Shown here in pieces: positions 12,301 through 23,082 of a stretch of DNA of 64,000 nt. The position numbers were made by a program, and so were the translations under genes. Source of the stretch: Octopus vulgaris (taxonomy: Eukaryota); the NCBI GenBank assembly GCA_951406725.2, contig OX597838.1:372001-436000 (forward strand), read 5' to 3'. The notes below the pieces were generated by a model. That model saw only the letters and a program-made list of their open reading frames with translations. It ran no database searches and was not told where the DNA came from. Within the stretch, counting starts at the first letter, position 1. Each line of letters starts with the position of its first letter.

Positions 12301-15300
12301 GCTTGAATAAATTTTGTCAGACCCATGGAAAATCATGGAAAAGAGGACAGTAAAACAATGATAATGTTGATGATGATGCTGTGTCAAAGGAAGAGGAGCA
12401 TTCCTAAGATCTTTGCAGGACCCCAAAAATGGAGAGATTCATTGAATGTGAGTTTGAACATTTGCAAATGGATGTCTGCAGGTAAAATAAGAGGAGACGG
12501 GGAATTCATTTGGAAATTAGATGCTCATCAGTGTGAAAATAAGCTGGCAACACCTAATTAGGAATAAGGCTAACGAGGCTTTTTAGGACATAATGAGTAC
12601 AACCTTTCTATTGGGCAGCTACATTGAAGTGAATCTGACATAGTGTTGCAGGATTGATGATAGGGACAGGTGTGGCCGTGTGGTCGAGAAATTTGTTTCC
12701 CAACCACAGGGCTTCAGGGTCAGTCCCATTGTGCAGCACCTTGAACAAATGTCTTCTAATGTAGCTCCAGACCAACCAATGCCTCACAAGTGAATTTGAT
12801 AGATGGAAACTGTGTGGAAGCCCACTGTGTGAGTGTGCTTATTCCCCCCCACCACCTCCCCACTGCTTGACAATGAATAACTTAATGGCTTGGAATAAGA
12901 TACTGATAGAAGGAGTACCAGATTTAAAAATAAAGTACTAGGGTCAATTTAAACCCTTTCAAAGCAGTGCTCCAGTATGGCCAGTCAAGATAAAAAATAA
13001 AAGATAAACCATCCTTTAATCTGTGTAATTAACACTTCACCTAAGAGTTTATCGTTACAGACTTTCCATTAATACTTTTATTTGCTCTCACTAATTAATT
13101 ATATTACTCTAAATTAATTTAATTAACAAGATGACTGAATTATTAGCACACTGGACAAGGCACTTCACTGCATTTTGTCAGTCTTTGCTACGTTCTGAGT
13201 TCAAATTCCACTGAGGTCAACTTTGTCTTTCATCCTTTCGGAATCTATAGAAATAAGTACCAGTTATGCACTGGGGTTGATGTAATTGAGCCCTTTCCCC
13301 AAAATTTCAGGCCTTCTGCCTATAATCCTCATCATCGTTGTTTAACATCCGCTTTCCATGCAAGCATGGATTGGACGATTTGACTGAGGACTGGCGAACC
13401 AGATGGCTGCGCCAGGCTCCAATCTGATCTGACAGAGTTTCTACAGCTAGATGCCCTTCCTAATGCCAACCACTCCGAGAAAAGATATATCAATTTAATT
13501 AACAACACAGCATTAATAAGAAAACAAACCTTTATGGTCGCAGCTTTGTCAAAATGGTCATCAAAGACACAAACATCAACTAGCCAATCTTTGGCTACTT
13601 CCCTTAGTTCCATGTCAGTTACCACAATCAGATTCCTTTCTACTGTTTCAACAGTATAGAGCGGACTGTAAAATATAAAAAAAAAAGACAGATTTCTGAG
13701 TTAAAAAATCCTTTGAACTCTAAACTCTAAAGGAACATTTGACAAATGAACATGAAATCAATTTTAAGAATGAACAGTCACAGAAGTCTGGTGCAGGCTT
13801 CTGGCTGGCCGGCTCCTGTCAAACCATCCAACCCATGCCAGCATGGAAAGCGGATGTTAAACAACGATGATGATGATGATGAACACGAGAGAAACATTGC
13901 TTCTTTCCTAAACTTTAATCTATTTAAATAGAATAGATTTATAGATAATCCGTTACTTGTAAAACAGGTAAGGGTTGACAGCAACGAGACCGTCCAGGCT
14001 TAGAAAGTTTGCCTCAGTTAACTCCTATCTCAGCCGTGCTGACAGAAAAGGCATGAAACAAAACAAATGTAAGAGCAGCAGCAGCAGAGTGTTATCATCA
14101 TCATTTTAGCATCTTTTCCTTTGTTGCATGGTTCAGACGAAACTACACTGGGGCAGACTTTTCTATGGTTGGACACTTTTCCTCATGTCAATGCTCACCT
14201 GCTTCCGAGTAAGGTAATAATAATGTCCCAGTCTATTAAAGAGCACACAGCCTGGACATCATTCCACAGTGAGCCAGAAGCAAATGCCACTTTTAGCAAG
14301 AGTCTTATGCCAACAATCCACTAAACTCCTAAACATAGAATTCCAAAACAAGCTTCTTGACCCACAGCTAAGCCAATCCCTCTCCTGGACAAACTGTGAA
14401 TGCCATTCTACTTTTTTCAAAATATTCTTAGTCATGTGCTCCATTTTTCACTTGCTTTTGAAGTTTTAAAAATTACCAATTCTAATTAGTGGAAATTTGA
14501 TTCTGAAAACATAGGCTCTTGAAGAACCCTGATCAAAGGAATTGTTGACAAGGAAACAATGCTTATTTGGGGTGGGGGTAGGTCACAAGTTGTTCACTTA
14601 ATTTGTATTGATAATGTATCAGAAACGGTTCCAACTGTGAATTAAAATCATCAGTTACAGATTGATTTGAACAAAACCTTCCACAGCACCATTATTACAA
14701 GAGTTTTTACTTTTTTCTCCTTGAACCCTAGGACTGACTCCTAATGCCAGTTCCCATGGTGAATAAGTGACTGATATCACAGCATTCTTCTTGAACAGGA
14801 CATGTCAGATCATCACTTTGTGAGAAGGCAGCAAGTCAATTACATCAACCTCAATGTATAACTGGTACTCTATTTCATTGCCCCCCCACCCCTCCAAAAC
14901 AATAAAAGAAAAAGTCAACCTTGGTGGGATTTGAACTCAGAACGTAAAGAAGTGGAAAAATTGCAACAAAGCATTTTGTCTGACATGCAGCTCCCTGCCT
15001 TCTTACGATATGAAGAAGACTAAATCTCAGATTGAATGCACTGAAAAAAGGAAAAAAAAAAGACAACAGAAAAAAAAAAGGTTGCTTTACTCACCAAGAA
15101 GGACGGGTGCCATCCCAGACTTGAATTAGGAAGCAAACACCTTGTTCAACAACAGACACAGCCACAACCTAAAGCAGTTTCAAGACCACAATTAATATTC
15201 CACTAAAAACAATAATTGATTAATAAAAATTAACTGAATAAATTAAATTCTACCTGAATGCAATTCTAAAGACTTATAGCCAAGTTCATTGTCCCTCTAG

Positions 15301-18300
15301 GATTCCATACACCTCAGTGAAGTTATGATGTGATATTTTTCTGATAACCATTGGCTTACTACCCACCCATTCTGCTTCTCTTATGTTTACCTTTGTTCAA
15401 CTTGAGGGTGCATGCCGAGATATCGTCTCTCCTTTCCAACTGAGGTAACCACATACCTCCTCCACAGCAAGATATTTGTTCCAGTTCCTTCCATCACATT
15501 GTATGAAACCACCTCCTTCTACACTATATCCTCTCTCCCCACCTCAGTTGACTTATAAGTCACTTGGTGACCTCTGTCAGTGTTGGTGCCACATAAAGAG
15601 GACCCACTCCACTCTGTAAAGCTGTTGGCATTGGGAAAGGTATTCAGCTGTAAAAACTATGCCAAAACAGTGGAGTTTGAAACAGTTCACTGGTTTGTCA
15701 GGACCCATTCAACCATCTCACCCATTCCAGCATGGAAAACAGACATTAATAGTTTAGGAGATGACTCCTCACTGTTTATAAAGTGCTTAAGAAGGACAGG
15801 TTGTAGTTGTGGACAAACTTTCATCATCTTCAGTTTACTAAATCAAGGACAGCTGCATAATGAAGTGCCGATCACTGAAAGTGGATGGTACCCACAGAAG
15901 AGGGAGACCCAGGAAGACATGGGATGAAGTGGTAAGGACTGAGCTCAGGATGTCTGGCAATATGAAGTTCTTGAGAAGACCTACCCACATTAGTGAAACC
16001 GAGTTCTAGAAGGTTGTCTGTGCGTCCCACCCACACTTAACAAGCAAACTTCTCACACACTTTACCACAATGAACCAAACTACGTCTCTTCTCTTCCTCA
16101 CATTTCCGCTTCGGGCACCAGGCTTACCTCCCACACCACAATCATGTCCTCTTGACCCTGTACCACTGTATCATTGCTATCTGCTAACCCCCGACCTGTG
16201 TGTTCCACCCACACATAACACTTTTCACTCATCCTAGCTCAACAAACCAATCTACATCACCACATCTCTTCTCTTCCTCATATTTCCTCCTTCATATACA
16301 ATATATACCCACCCCACCCCCTTTGATCATGCTGCCTTCGCAACATTCTACCACTTACATTATGACGTTCAAACCTCAAGGGTATGCCCTGGCACTTGCC
16401 ACCATCTATATATCTCTCTGCCTTTACACAACCATCCCATTTATATTCTGATGCCCATCCCTTGTGAGTATGCCTTGCACTTTGCCATCATCTCCATCCT
16501 GCTGTCTCCCTCTCTCTCTCCTTCTCCTGCACATTCCTCAGGTTGGGTAACCATGTATTTCTTTTGCAGTAACACATCTGTTCCTGTCTGCAGTCCTGAT
16601 CTCTCCCCAGCCGGGGTAACCTTGTACTTCCTCCACAGCAACACACCTGTTTCTGTCTCTTTGTGTCACTATAACCTTTTCATCATCTGACACAAGATCC
16701 CTTTTTTTTTTTTATTTTGTCTTGCAAGTACTGTAAGTGCAGGTGCCACTTAAAAGCACCCAGTCCACACTGTGAAATAGTTGTTCAGAAGGGCATCCAG
16801 CTGTAAAAATCCTGCCAAAACAGTCACAGAAGCCTGATGCAGGCTTCTGCCTGGCCGAGCCCTTGTGAAACCGTCCCACCCACGCCAGCATAGAAGATGA
16901 ACATTGAACAATGATGATACCTCACTTCCTTTACTGTCACATTGAACCATAAAAATCACCTGTTCCAGGTATCACCACCACCACCACCTTTATGTTATGT
17001 CTGTTTTCCATGCTGGCATAGGTTGGACAGCCACCACTGCTCCTCCGGATGATCCAAAGGACCATATCTCACTTGTAAGTTTCATTTTGTTTTTTGGTTT
17101 GCTTTCTACGGCTGGCTGGATGTCCTTCCTAACACCAACTACTTTACAGAAAGTACTGGGTGCATCATTTGACGACACACAGACTAGAGAGGTTGTCATG
17201 TCTTCAACAAAACTAAAGGGACCCTACAACGTTCCCCCCACACTTAACAGGGTGCACTGAGTGCTTTTTATTGTGACCCCAACAGTAGAGAGTGATGGAT
17301 GGCAAGAGGTGGTTAAATGGGGATAGTGAATAATAGACGTCAATACTAAATGGCTGGTGGTGGAGGGGGGGGGGGAGAACAGGTAGAGCATTGGTGGGGT
17401 ATGTGAGTAACCGATGAGTTCCTTTAAGACTCTTGTGTTGTGATGAGCGAGAGAGTGAGGGGTGTCGGTGAGAGGGTCGAACAGGTGTTGTGGCAACCTT
17501 TGTTGTACTGCAGAGTAAACATACCTCCAGTCAATTTTTAATTATTTTAAATTTCAAAATTGTCTTCTGTAACTCATTAAGTGGGGTACAGGGGCTTTCC
17601 TCACTAGAAGTTTCTTTTTAGCCCCACCCAGTTAAAGGGGGTCTTACTCTTGCTAGCTGCATGGCAACCTCATTGATGCTGATGCCATAAAACAACACAC
17701 AAGTGGTTGGCATTAGAAAGGGCATCCAGCTGTAGAAACCATGCCAAACTGGACAATTGGAGCACGATACAGCTCTGGACCGGTCAGGTCCTGTCAGCAT
17801 GAAAAATAGACATTAAATGATGATGATGACTTCAAGCTTTCAGTTACAATGAGTCAAAGAGAATTCCAAGTTTAACAAGTGAAAAAAAAAATCACCTTTT
17901 ATTGAAAAATTGTATTAAATTTCAGAAAAAAAAAAAAAAAAAAAAAAAACTCAAAATGAACAAGTCAACTTACTTGGCAGAGGAAATCAAAATAAATTCC
18001 TTCTTGGAGTTGTTCAAGATTTTTTACCAAATCTTGGCAACTAAATTCTCGTCTATGCAGTGTAACACGAATCAATCTTTCAATCTACAAAAGACAAAAA
18101 CAAACAATATTTTACTCAAATAGAAGCAAACCCCTAATTTTTCTTACACTTAAAGATCTCCTTCTTAACACATCTTTAGTAGAGATATTTTTTCACTTAA
18201 AGTTCCCTTTCTCACAAAGTTCTATGACTACAATCTCCAAATTGGTGTTGGAGGTTGTAGTCCTCTTCAATGTAACAGGAAAAGGGGTTTACAGAACTGC

Positions 18301-21300
18301 ATCACTCCAAGAAGCAGTCAAAGAATTCCCTTTCTAAATGATGTTATTATGTTAGGAGAGAAGAAGAGGAAAGCTGAAGAAGTCAGTGTATGAGAAAGAT
18401 TAGTAAAATCCTTGCAACACTGGATTTCGTATGATGAGAAAATAGAATCCATAATAATAATGATGCTTGCTTAAGGAAAAGGTATTGGGAAGAAATGGCT
18501 ACCACCGCTGTCACTACTACTCCCTCCTCCAAGTTGATGGGGTTTTTGCATTTGCAAGTTACAGGGTAACCCTGACCGTGCTGGTGCCACATAAAAAGCA
18601 CCATGTACACTCTGCAAAATGGTTGGCATTAGGAAACCATGCTGAAACAGATGACTGGTATGGCTCTCCGGCCTTGCCAGCTCTGGTCAAACCATCCAAC
18701 CCATGCCAGCAAAGAAAACAGAAGACGTATGATGATGAAGAGAATATTCAATCAAATTTATCCCAAATCAATCATACCAATATGGATAGATATGCATGGT
18801 AAATTAGTGATACGACAACTTAGGTTCAAACATCTCTAAAATAATCCGTCTTAATAGCAAAACTCATGAGAATAATCTGTAGCACGGTAATGTTCTCACC
18901 ATCTTTCTGTCAACATTTGTGAATGTATAATTGAGACTGGAAGCTTTAGGAATCAGGCAGCCATCACGTCGACTATCAATAACCAACCAGGAGAAGCCTT
19001 TTCCACTCGTTCCTTGCAATTCCCCGTTATGGAGATTAACCTAGAAACATAAACCACAATTTAGACAATTTGTTAAAGAACTGGTCACATTTATAGTTTC
19101 AGAGTTGTAAAGAACATGACATTTTCAGTTTCTATATCCATAACTAAAACGTGTGTGTGTGTGTGTGTGTATGATCTTTCTTCTTTGGCATTTCATCAGT
19201 TACAACAATGAGTATTCCAGTTTATTCGATCAATGGAACAGCTTGCTGGTGGCAATACTGTGCATGTGGCAGAGCCCTCCACAGACACATGTAGCCTTAA
19301 CATGGTTCTTGCAGAGATGCAGTGTGACACAGAATGTAATAAAGCTAGCCTTTTCAATTCTGTGTACAGCTCATTTTTGTCAGATGAGCGGAGAAAAAAC
19401 GTGTATCTAGTGATAAATGTAGCAAAAGCTTCAAGACACTTTCAATGACTATTAACCAGTTCACAGCTCTGAGAGTAAGTGCCATCCATCAGGAATCGGA
19501 TTCTCTTCTTTGCTCAATTCCAATGTACTGTAGGTTATCAAAGTAGTGAAGCCTTCCTTGTGTGATAACCTCTTTAAAATCAAGCAGCCCAAACAGGGAA
19601 CTATAGAGATCTGTCTAATAATAAGTCATTGTTTGGCCCTAGGTCAGTCTTGACCAAGCAGACCAATGGTCAAAGACATTCCATCTTTTCTGAACATAAA
19701 TAGATAGAAAGATGGCTACAGCCTTTATCATTTCTTGCTTCTTGAGGTGTTTGCTCCAGCAATCCATCACTACTGTCTAGATTTTTAGCAATCGTCTCTG
19801 TAATTGGTAGGTTCTCGTAAAATGAAAAAATGAAAGAAAAGTATTTATGGGAAAAAAAGAAAAGAAATACAAGATTTGGATATTTACTTGTAATCTGTGG
19901 AATCTAACGATGCTACCAATTTTGACTTGGGGTAAATTTTCTTCTTCATGTGCAAATAGCAAACATTTTAACTTTTCATCAGCTTGAATCAGTGATTCAT
20001 CAACAATTGTCACAATCAGCAAGTAATCTGAAAAATAATCAGAGATTATTTCTATTTATTTCTATTTCTCAAAATACATCCTGATCTCTCTCTCTCTCTC
20101 TCTCTCTGGCCAGGTAACTTTGTACCTCACCTACAGCAAGACACCTGTTTCTGTCTTTCTGTCTCACTTTAACCTTTCATCATCTGACACTAGATCACCT
20201 CCTCCAATACCCCTTCCCCTCTCACAAGCTTTTTTTGTCTTGCAAGGTACTTGGGTGACCCTGTCAGTGCAGGTGCCACTTAAAAAGCATCCAATCCACA
20301 CTGTAAAATGGTTGACATTTGGAAGGGCATCCAACTGTAAAAATCTTGCCAAAACTGACCTTGCTTCTGCTTGTTCCACGTAAAAAGCACCAAGTCCTAT
20401 CCTGCAAAAACAGTCACAGAAGTCTAGTGCTGGTTTCTGCCTGGCCAGCTCTTCTCAAACTGTACAACCCAAGCCAGCACGGAAGGTGGATGTTAAACAA
20501 TGATGAAGATGAAAAAAACAGAAATATATGTGAGAACCATATGAACTATGTATAGGGGTTGTCAGTAATTCACGAGTATAGTGATAGAGTGATAAATTTA
20601 ATGTGCAGCTAGGAGTTCACCGGGGCTCAGTCCTCAGTCCCTTCTTATTCATCATAGTCTTTCAGGCCATAACAGAAGAGTTTAAGACTATTTGCCCATG
20701 GGAACAGCTTTAGGTTGTTAAACTTTTTTTTTCTTTAGCTGAATCTGTAATTAAATCAGGAAAGAAATTCCAGGTGTAGAAAGAAAACCTGGAATCAAAA
20801 CACCTCAAAGTTAACTAAGGCAAAGATCAAAGTCTAATAAGCAGGAAAACAGACCGGACCCTACCCACTTCAGGTAAATGGTCCCCAGCCTGATATGTAG
20901 GAAAGGTATAAGCAGAAATTCCATATGGTGTACCCAACAGAAACTGTGAACAAACAAGAGTGAAGTCAGAGGAAGATTAACAGAGAAGTAGACATTGCAT
21001 GTAACAGATGCAGAGGAGCAATAAACCCTAAGAACACAAAGGGGAACAGATTTGTTTTGAAAGACAAGAGAAGGGGTTGGGTAGGAATAGAGATAACCTG
21101 GGAGAGAGTGTGTTGATTGGTGATCAATTAAAGCCCTTGAAGATGGTGCCCCAGTATGGCCAAATATCAGTAAACAAATGAACACTCAAGAAATTAAGAG
21201 ATATAGAAAGGATTAAATATTGAGAAAGCTCTTTTTAATTAATAACAGCTAAAGAATAAGTAGTTGTCAGTGTCATAATTAAGGCAGCGAGCTGGCAGAA

Positions 21301-23082
21301 ACGTTTGTACATTGGGTGAAACGCTGAACGGTATTTCGTCTGCCGTTACGTTCTGAGTTCAAATTCCGCCGAGGTTGACTTTGCCTTTCATCGTCAATAA
21401 ATTAAGTACCAGTTACGCACTGGGGTTGATGTAATCGACTTAATCCCTTTGTCTGTCCTTGTTTGTCCCCTCTATGTTTAGCCCCTTGTGGGCAATAAAG
21501 AAATAAGTATAATAATAAAGGATTAATCACATGAAAAAAATGACAATGGCCTTACCTGTGCCCTTGGTTTTAAATGGCAACTTATGAAATTTTACAATTC
21601 CATACACATCAACCAACATGCCTGGTTTCAAAGTAATTAAGGATTTGTATGAATAGGTCCTTGATTTCTGGAAGAATAATAAAAAGATTTTGAAATTTTA
21701 AATCCAAACATCCAAAACAGGATGGAGGCAGGTTTATAAGGTTTTACAAAGTGAAAACATGAAAATATTCAAAATAATCCTCTATTTCGTCCATCTTAAC
21801 ATTTTGAGTTCAAATTCCACTGAAGTCAACTTTGCCCTTCATCCCTTCAAGGACAATGAAATAAGTACAAGTTACACACTGGGGTTGATGTAATCAACTC
21901 GTCCCCTCCCTCAAGATTTTTACCAATAGAAAAGATTATTATTTGGTGGATGACAGTATCATTAGAGCAGCTGATAAAATACCTTGTGGTATTTAGTAAA
22001 ATCTCTCAATGTTCTCAGCTCAAATCTCACCAAGGTCAACTTTGTCATTTCATCCTTTCCAAGTCAATAAAAGAAAGAACCAGTCAAGTACTGCATTTGA
22101 CGGTACTGATTGGCCCCTTCCCTCTCAGGTTGCTGGACTTGTGCCAAAATTTTAAACCATTGTGATTATTTTGAGGAGAGGGAGCAGTAAATGCCATCAA
22201 AGTGACACTGGGGTACAATTATACAAAACCCCAATACACCCATCATGACTGCCCATCTGATAAGGGTAAATAAATCACAACCGCATGTGCACAACATGAT
22301 GATCTCATATAAAGATAAACAGCACATGACCTTGCAGGAAGGGGCCAGTCGAAATTTTCTTCAAGTCAAGTAGTCCATCCTGCTTAAACAGTCCTTGAAT
22401 AAGGGTTGTTTAAGGATGATCAATGAAACACCCATGTTTCCAGAGATGAATTATTCAAATCCCAAAGAATTCCTCTCAACACATGGCTATGATGCTCCCC
22501 CACTGCTTCTACTCATGATCAAAGATGCACATATCATCAGCCATTAAAGGACATGTTCATCTGGTTAAGGTCAAACAACTGACAAGCAAATCTGTGGTAC
22601 TGAGCAGAATCTTTTATACCAAGACAAAACATGTACATGATAACTCTTCCAATAAGTTAAGATCAGAAGCCATGAGACTCAATACCTAGTACTGAATGAG
22701 GGAATTTATTATTATTATTGAAGGCGGCATTATTAACATGCCAGGCAAAATACTTAGCGGCATTTCGTCTATCTTTGAGTTCACAGTTCAAATTTTGCTG
22801 GGGTCTACTTTTCCCTTCATCGATAAAATAAGTACCAGTTGAGCACTGGAATTGAGGTAATCAACTGGAACCCCTACCCTCTCCATCAAGTTGCAGGCCT
22901 TGTGCCTATAGTAGAAAAGATTATTGCTATGATTAAGAATTGATTAAATCTACAAAGAAACACATCCAAAGCAGAAAAGACATTCAAAAGAAGGAAACAA
23001 TGTCAAGTCAGTTTGAAAGTGTTGCCATAAGTCATTGATAGAAAGAAAGAAAAAATATACTTACAGACGTGTTTTGTTCCAT
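56..23082 (-). CDS. POT1: Protection of telomeres 1 (shelterin ssDNA-binding protein), 12 coding exons, about 553 aa
   Basis: Phase-consistent GT-AG exons: 23065-23082, 21556-21667, 19888-20027, 18900-19040, 17974-18084, 15095-15168, 13530-13665, 11429-11732, 6885-7047, 6249-6352, 3360-3451, 56-322 (1662 nt). Motifs VDVYGIVKF..KGTDY, IVRFHRL, YFDFLCQ, QVWDGT, LHKGTSFGRGI, FCPQC, MECCIKSF..CYEIFDT match human POT1 OB1/OB2/OB3 as recalled. Confidence 0.95.
1190..1383 (+). mobile_element. RTE 3'-tail repeat (representative of many copies in both orientations)
   Basis: GGAAGGGCATC..CCATCCAACCCATGCCAGCATGG..(GAT)n, the same type as the 3' end of the LINE at 9600-9722. Confidence 0.8.
2923..3338. 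mobile_element. Merlin-like MITE family A with 8-bp TSD
   Basis: TIR G(G/A)ATCTTTTCGGTTTGAA...CTCAAACCGAAAAGATCC; TSD AAAAGTGT at 2915-2922 and 3339-3346; internal CTAACCCTAATCCTAA. Confidence 0.85.
3360..3451 (-). CDS. POT1: POT1 exon, OB3 second half
   Basis: DIPVMEYIFLLKFILTDGVYYIIANLWRDEA, similar to human PLQYVFVMTFTLDDGTG. Confidence 0.92.
5100..5900 (-). mobile_element. RTE/BovB-like LINE 3' fragment
   Basis: PKKHFCDSIKKTVSLFNIEPNNWETLAENCKNWRQAYREG on the minus strand. Confidence 0.7.
6249..6352 (-). CDS. POT1: POT1 exon, zinc ribbon with second CxxC
   Basis: TPINKYNIEPSTFHIKDGVEYYRCPHCAKKTNSN; phase 2 in and phase 1 out fit both neighbours; ctttag/gtaag. Confidence 0.85.
6885..7047 (-). 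CDS. POT1: POT1 exon, OB3 first half with first CxxC
   Basis: VIQGHQSVKLSHFCDVKNATVPMKFRLLARVMDYSPKLNSVSDFLSLFCPQCHY. Confidence 0.92.
7248..9722 (+). mobile_element. 5'-truncated RTE-clade LINE (RT, Cys-rich insert, 3'UTR, (GAT)n tail), decayed
   Basis: KAPGPSG, NYRGIKLL, QFGFVPGKSTTDAIF, GVHQGSVLSP, LLYADD (YADD at 8289), LRWYGH; in-frame stops and frameshifts; lies in a POT1 intron, antisense. Confidence 0.93.
10320..11270. mobile_element. Probable non-autonomous hAT element (only the right TIR is seen)
   Basis: AGGTTGAGAAACGCTG ending at 11270 resembles the Charlie-type TIR; left boundary uncertain. Confidence 0.4.
11429..11732 (-). CDS. POT1: POT1 exon, OB2 end plus basic linker
   Basis: PGMFLKFFNLHC...LVLHKGTSFGRGIKILSETDSEIDDLKKRL...EVET; gtaag donor. 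Confidence 0.92.
12665..12830 (+). mobile_element. CORE-type tRNA SINE (representative copy)
   Basis: GGTTCAGTCCCA..GCACCTTG..GTGTCTTCT..GGTAGA.GGAAACTG family; copies near 1900, 4100, 4270(-), 11960, 46360(-), 52090(-), 58510(-). Confidence 0.75.
13530..13665 (-). CDS. POT1: POT1 exon, OB2
   Basis: PLYTVETVERNLIVVTDMELREVAKDWLVDVCVFDDHFDKAATIK. Confidence 0.92.
15095..15168 (-). CDS. POT1: POT1 exon, OB2
   Basis: VVAVSVVEQGVCFLIQVWDGTRPS; WDGT motif. Confidence 0.93.
17974..18084 (-). CDS. POT1: POT1 exon, OB2 start
   Basis: IERLIRVTLHRREFSCQDLVKNLEQLQEGIYFDFLCQ. Confidence 0.93.
18900..19040 (-). CDS. POT1: POT1 exon, OB1 end
   Basis: VNLHNGELQGTSGKGFSWLVIDSRRDGCLIPKASSLNYTFTNVDRKM; 141 nt, phase 0/0. 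Confidence 0.93.
19888..20027 (-). CDS. POT1: POT1 exon, OB1
   Basis: DYLLIVTIVDESLIQADEKLKCLLFAHEEENLPQVKIGSIVRFHRLQ; canonical splice sites. Confidence 0.95.
20610..21060 (+). mobile_element. Degenerate RTE LINE fragment
   Basis: Similar to 8190-8610 (ggctcagtcctcagtcccttcttattcatcatagtc). Confidence 0.7.
21282..21508 (+). mobile_element. tRNA-derived SINE with Meta-like central domain (best-preserved copy)
   Basis: A/B boxes (GAGCTGGCAGAA, GAGTTCAAATTCC) and GACTTTGCCTTTCATC..AAGTACCAG; other copies near 13130, 14840(-), 21800, 21950, 22720, 33460(-), 35190. Confidence 0.8.
21556..21667 (-). CDS. POT1: POT1 exon, OB1 start
   Basis: KSRTYSYKSLITLKPGMLVDVYGIVKFHKLPFKTKGT; ttccag acceptor, gtaag donor. 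Confidence 0.95.
22187..22710. repeat. Unclassified interspersed repeat with short TAAAT(G/T)CC-like inverted ends
   Basis: Begins TAAATGCC, ends GGAATTTA next to a TTA tract; resembles a common octopus repeat as recalled. Confidence 0.35.
23065..23082 (-). CDS. POT1: POT1 coding exon 1 (MEQNTS)
   Basis: ATG at 23082-23080 with an in-frame upstream TGA; GTAAG donor in phase 0 joins the next exon; a candidate acceptor at 23228-23229 implies further 5'UTR exon(s). Confidence 0.7.
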
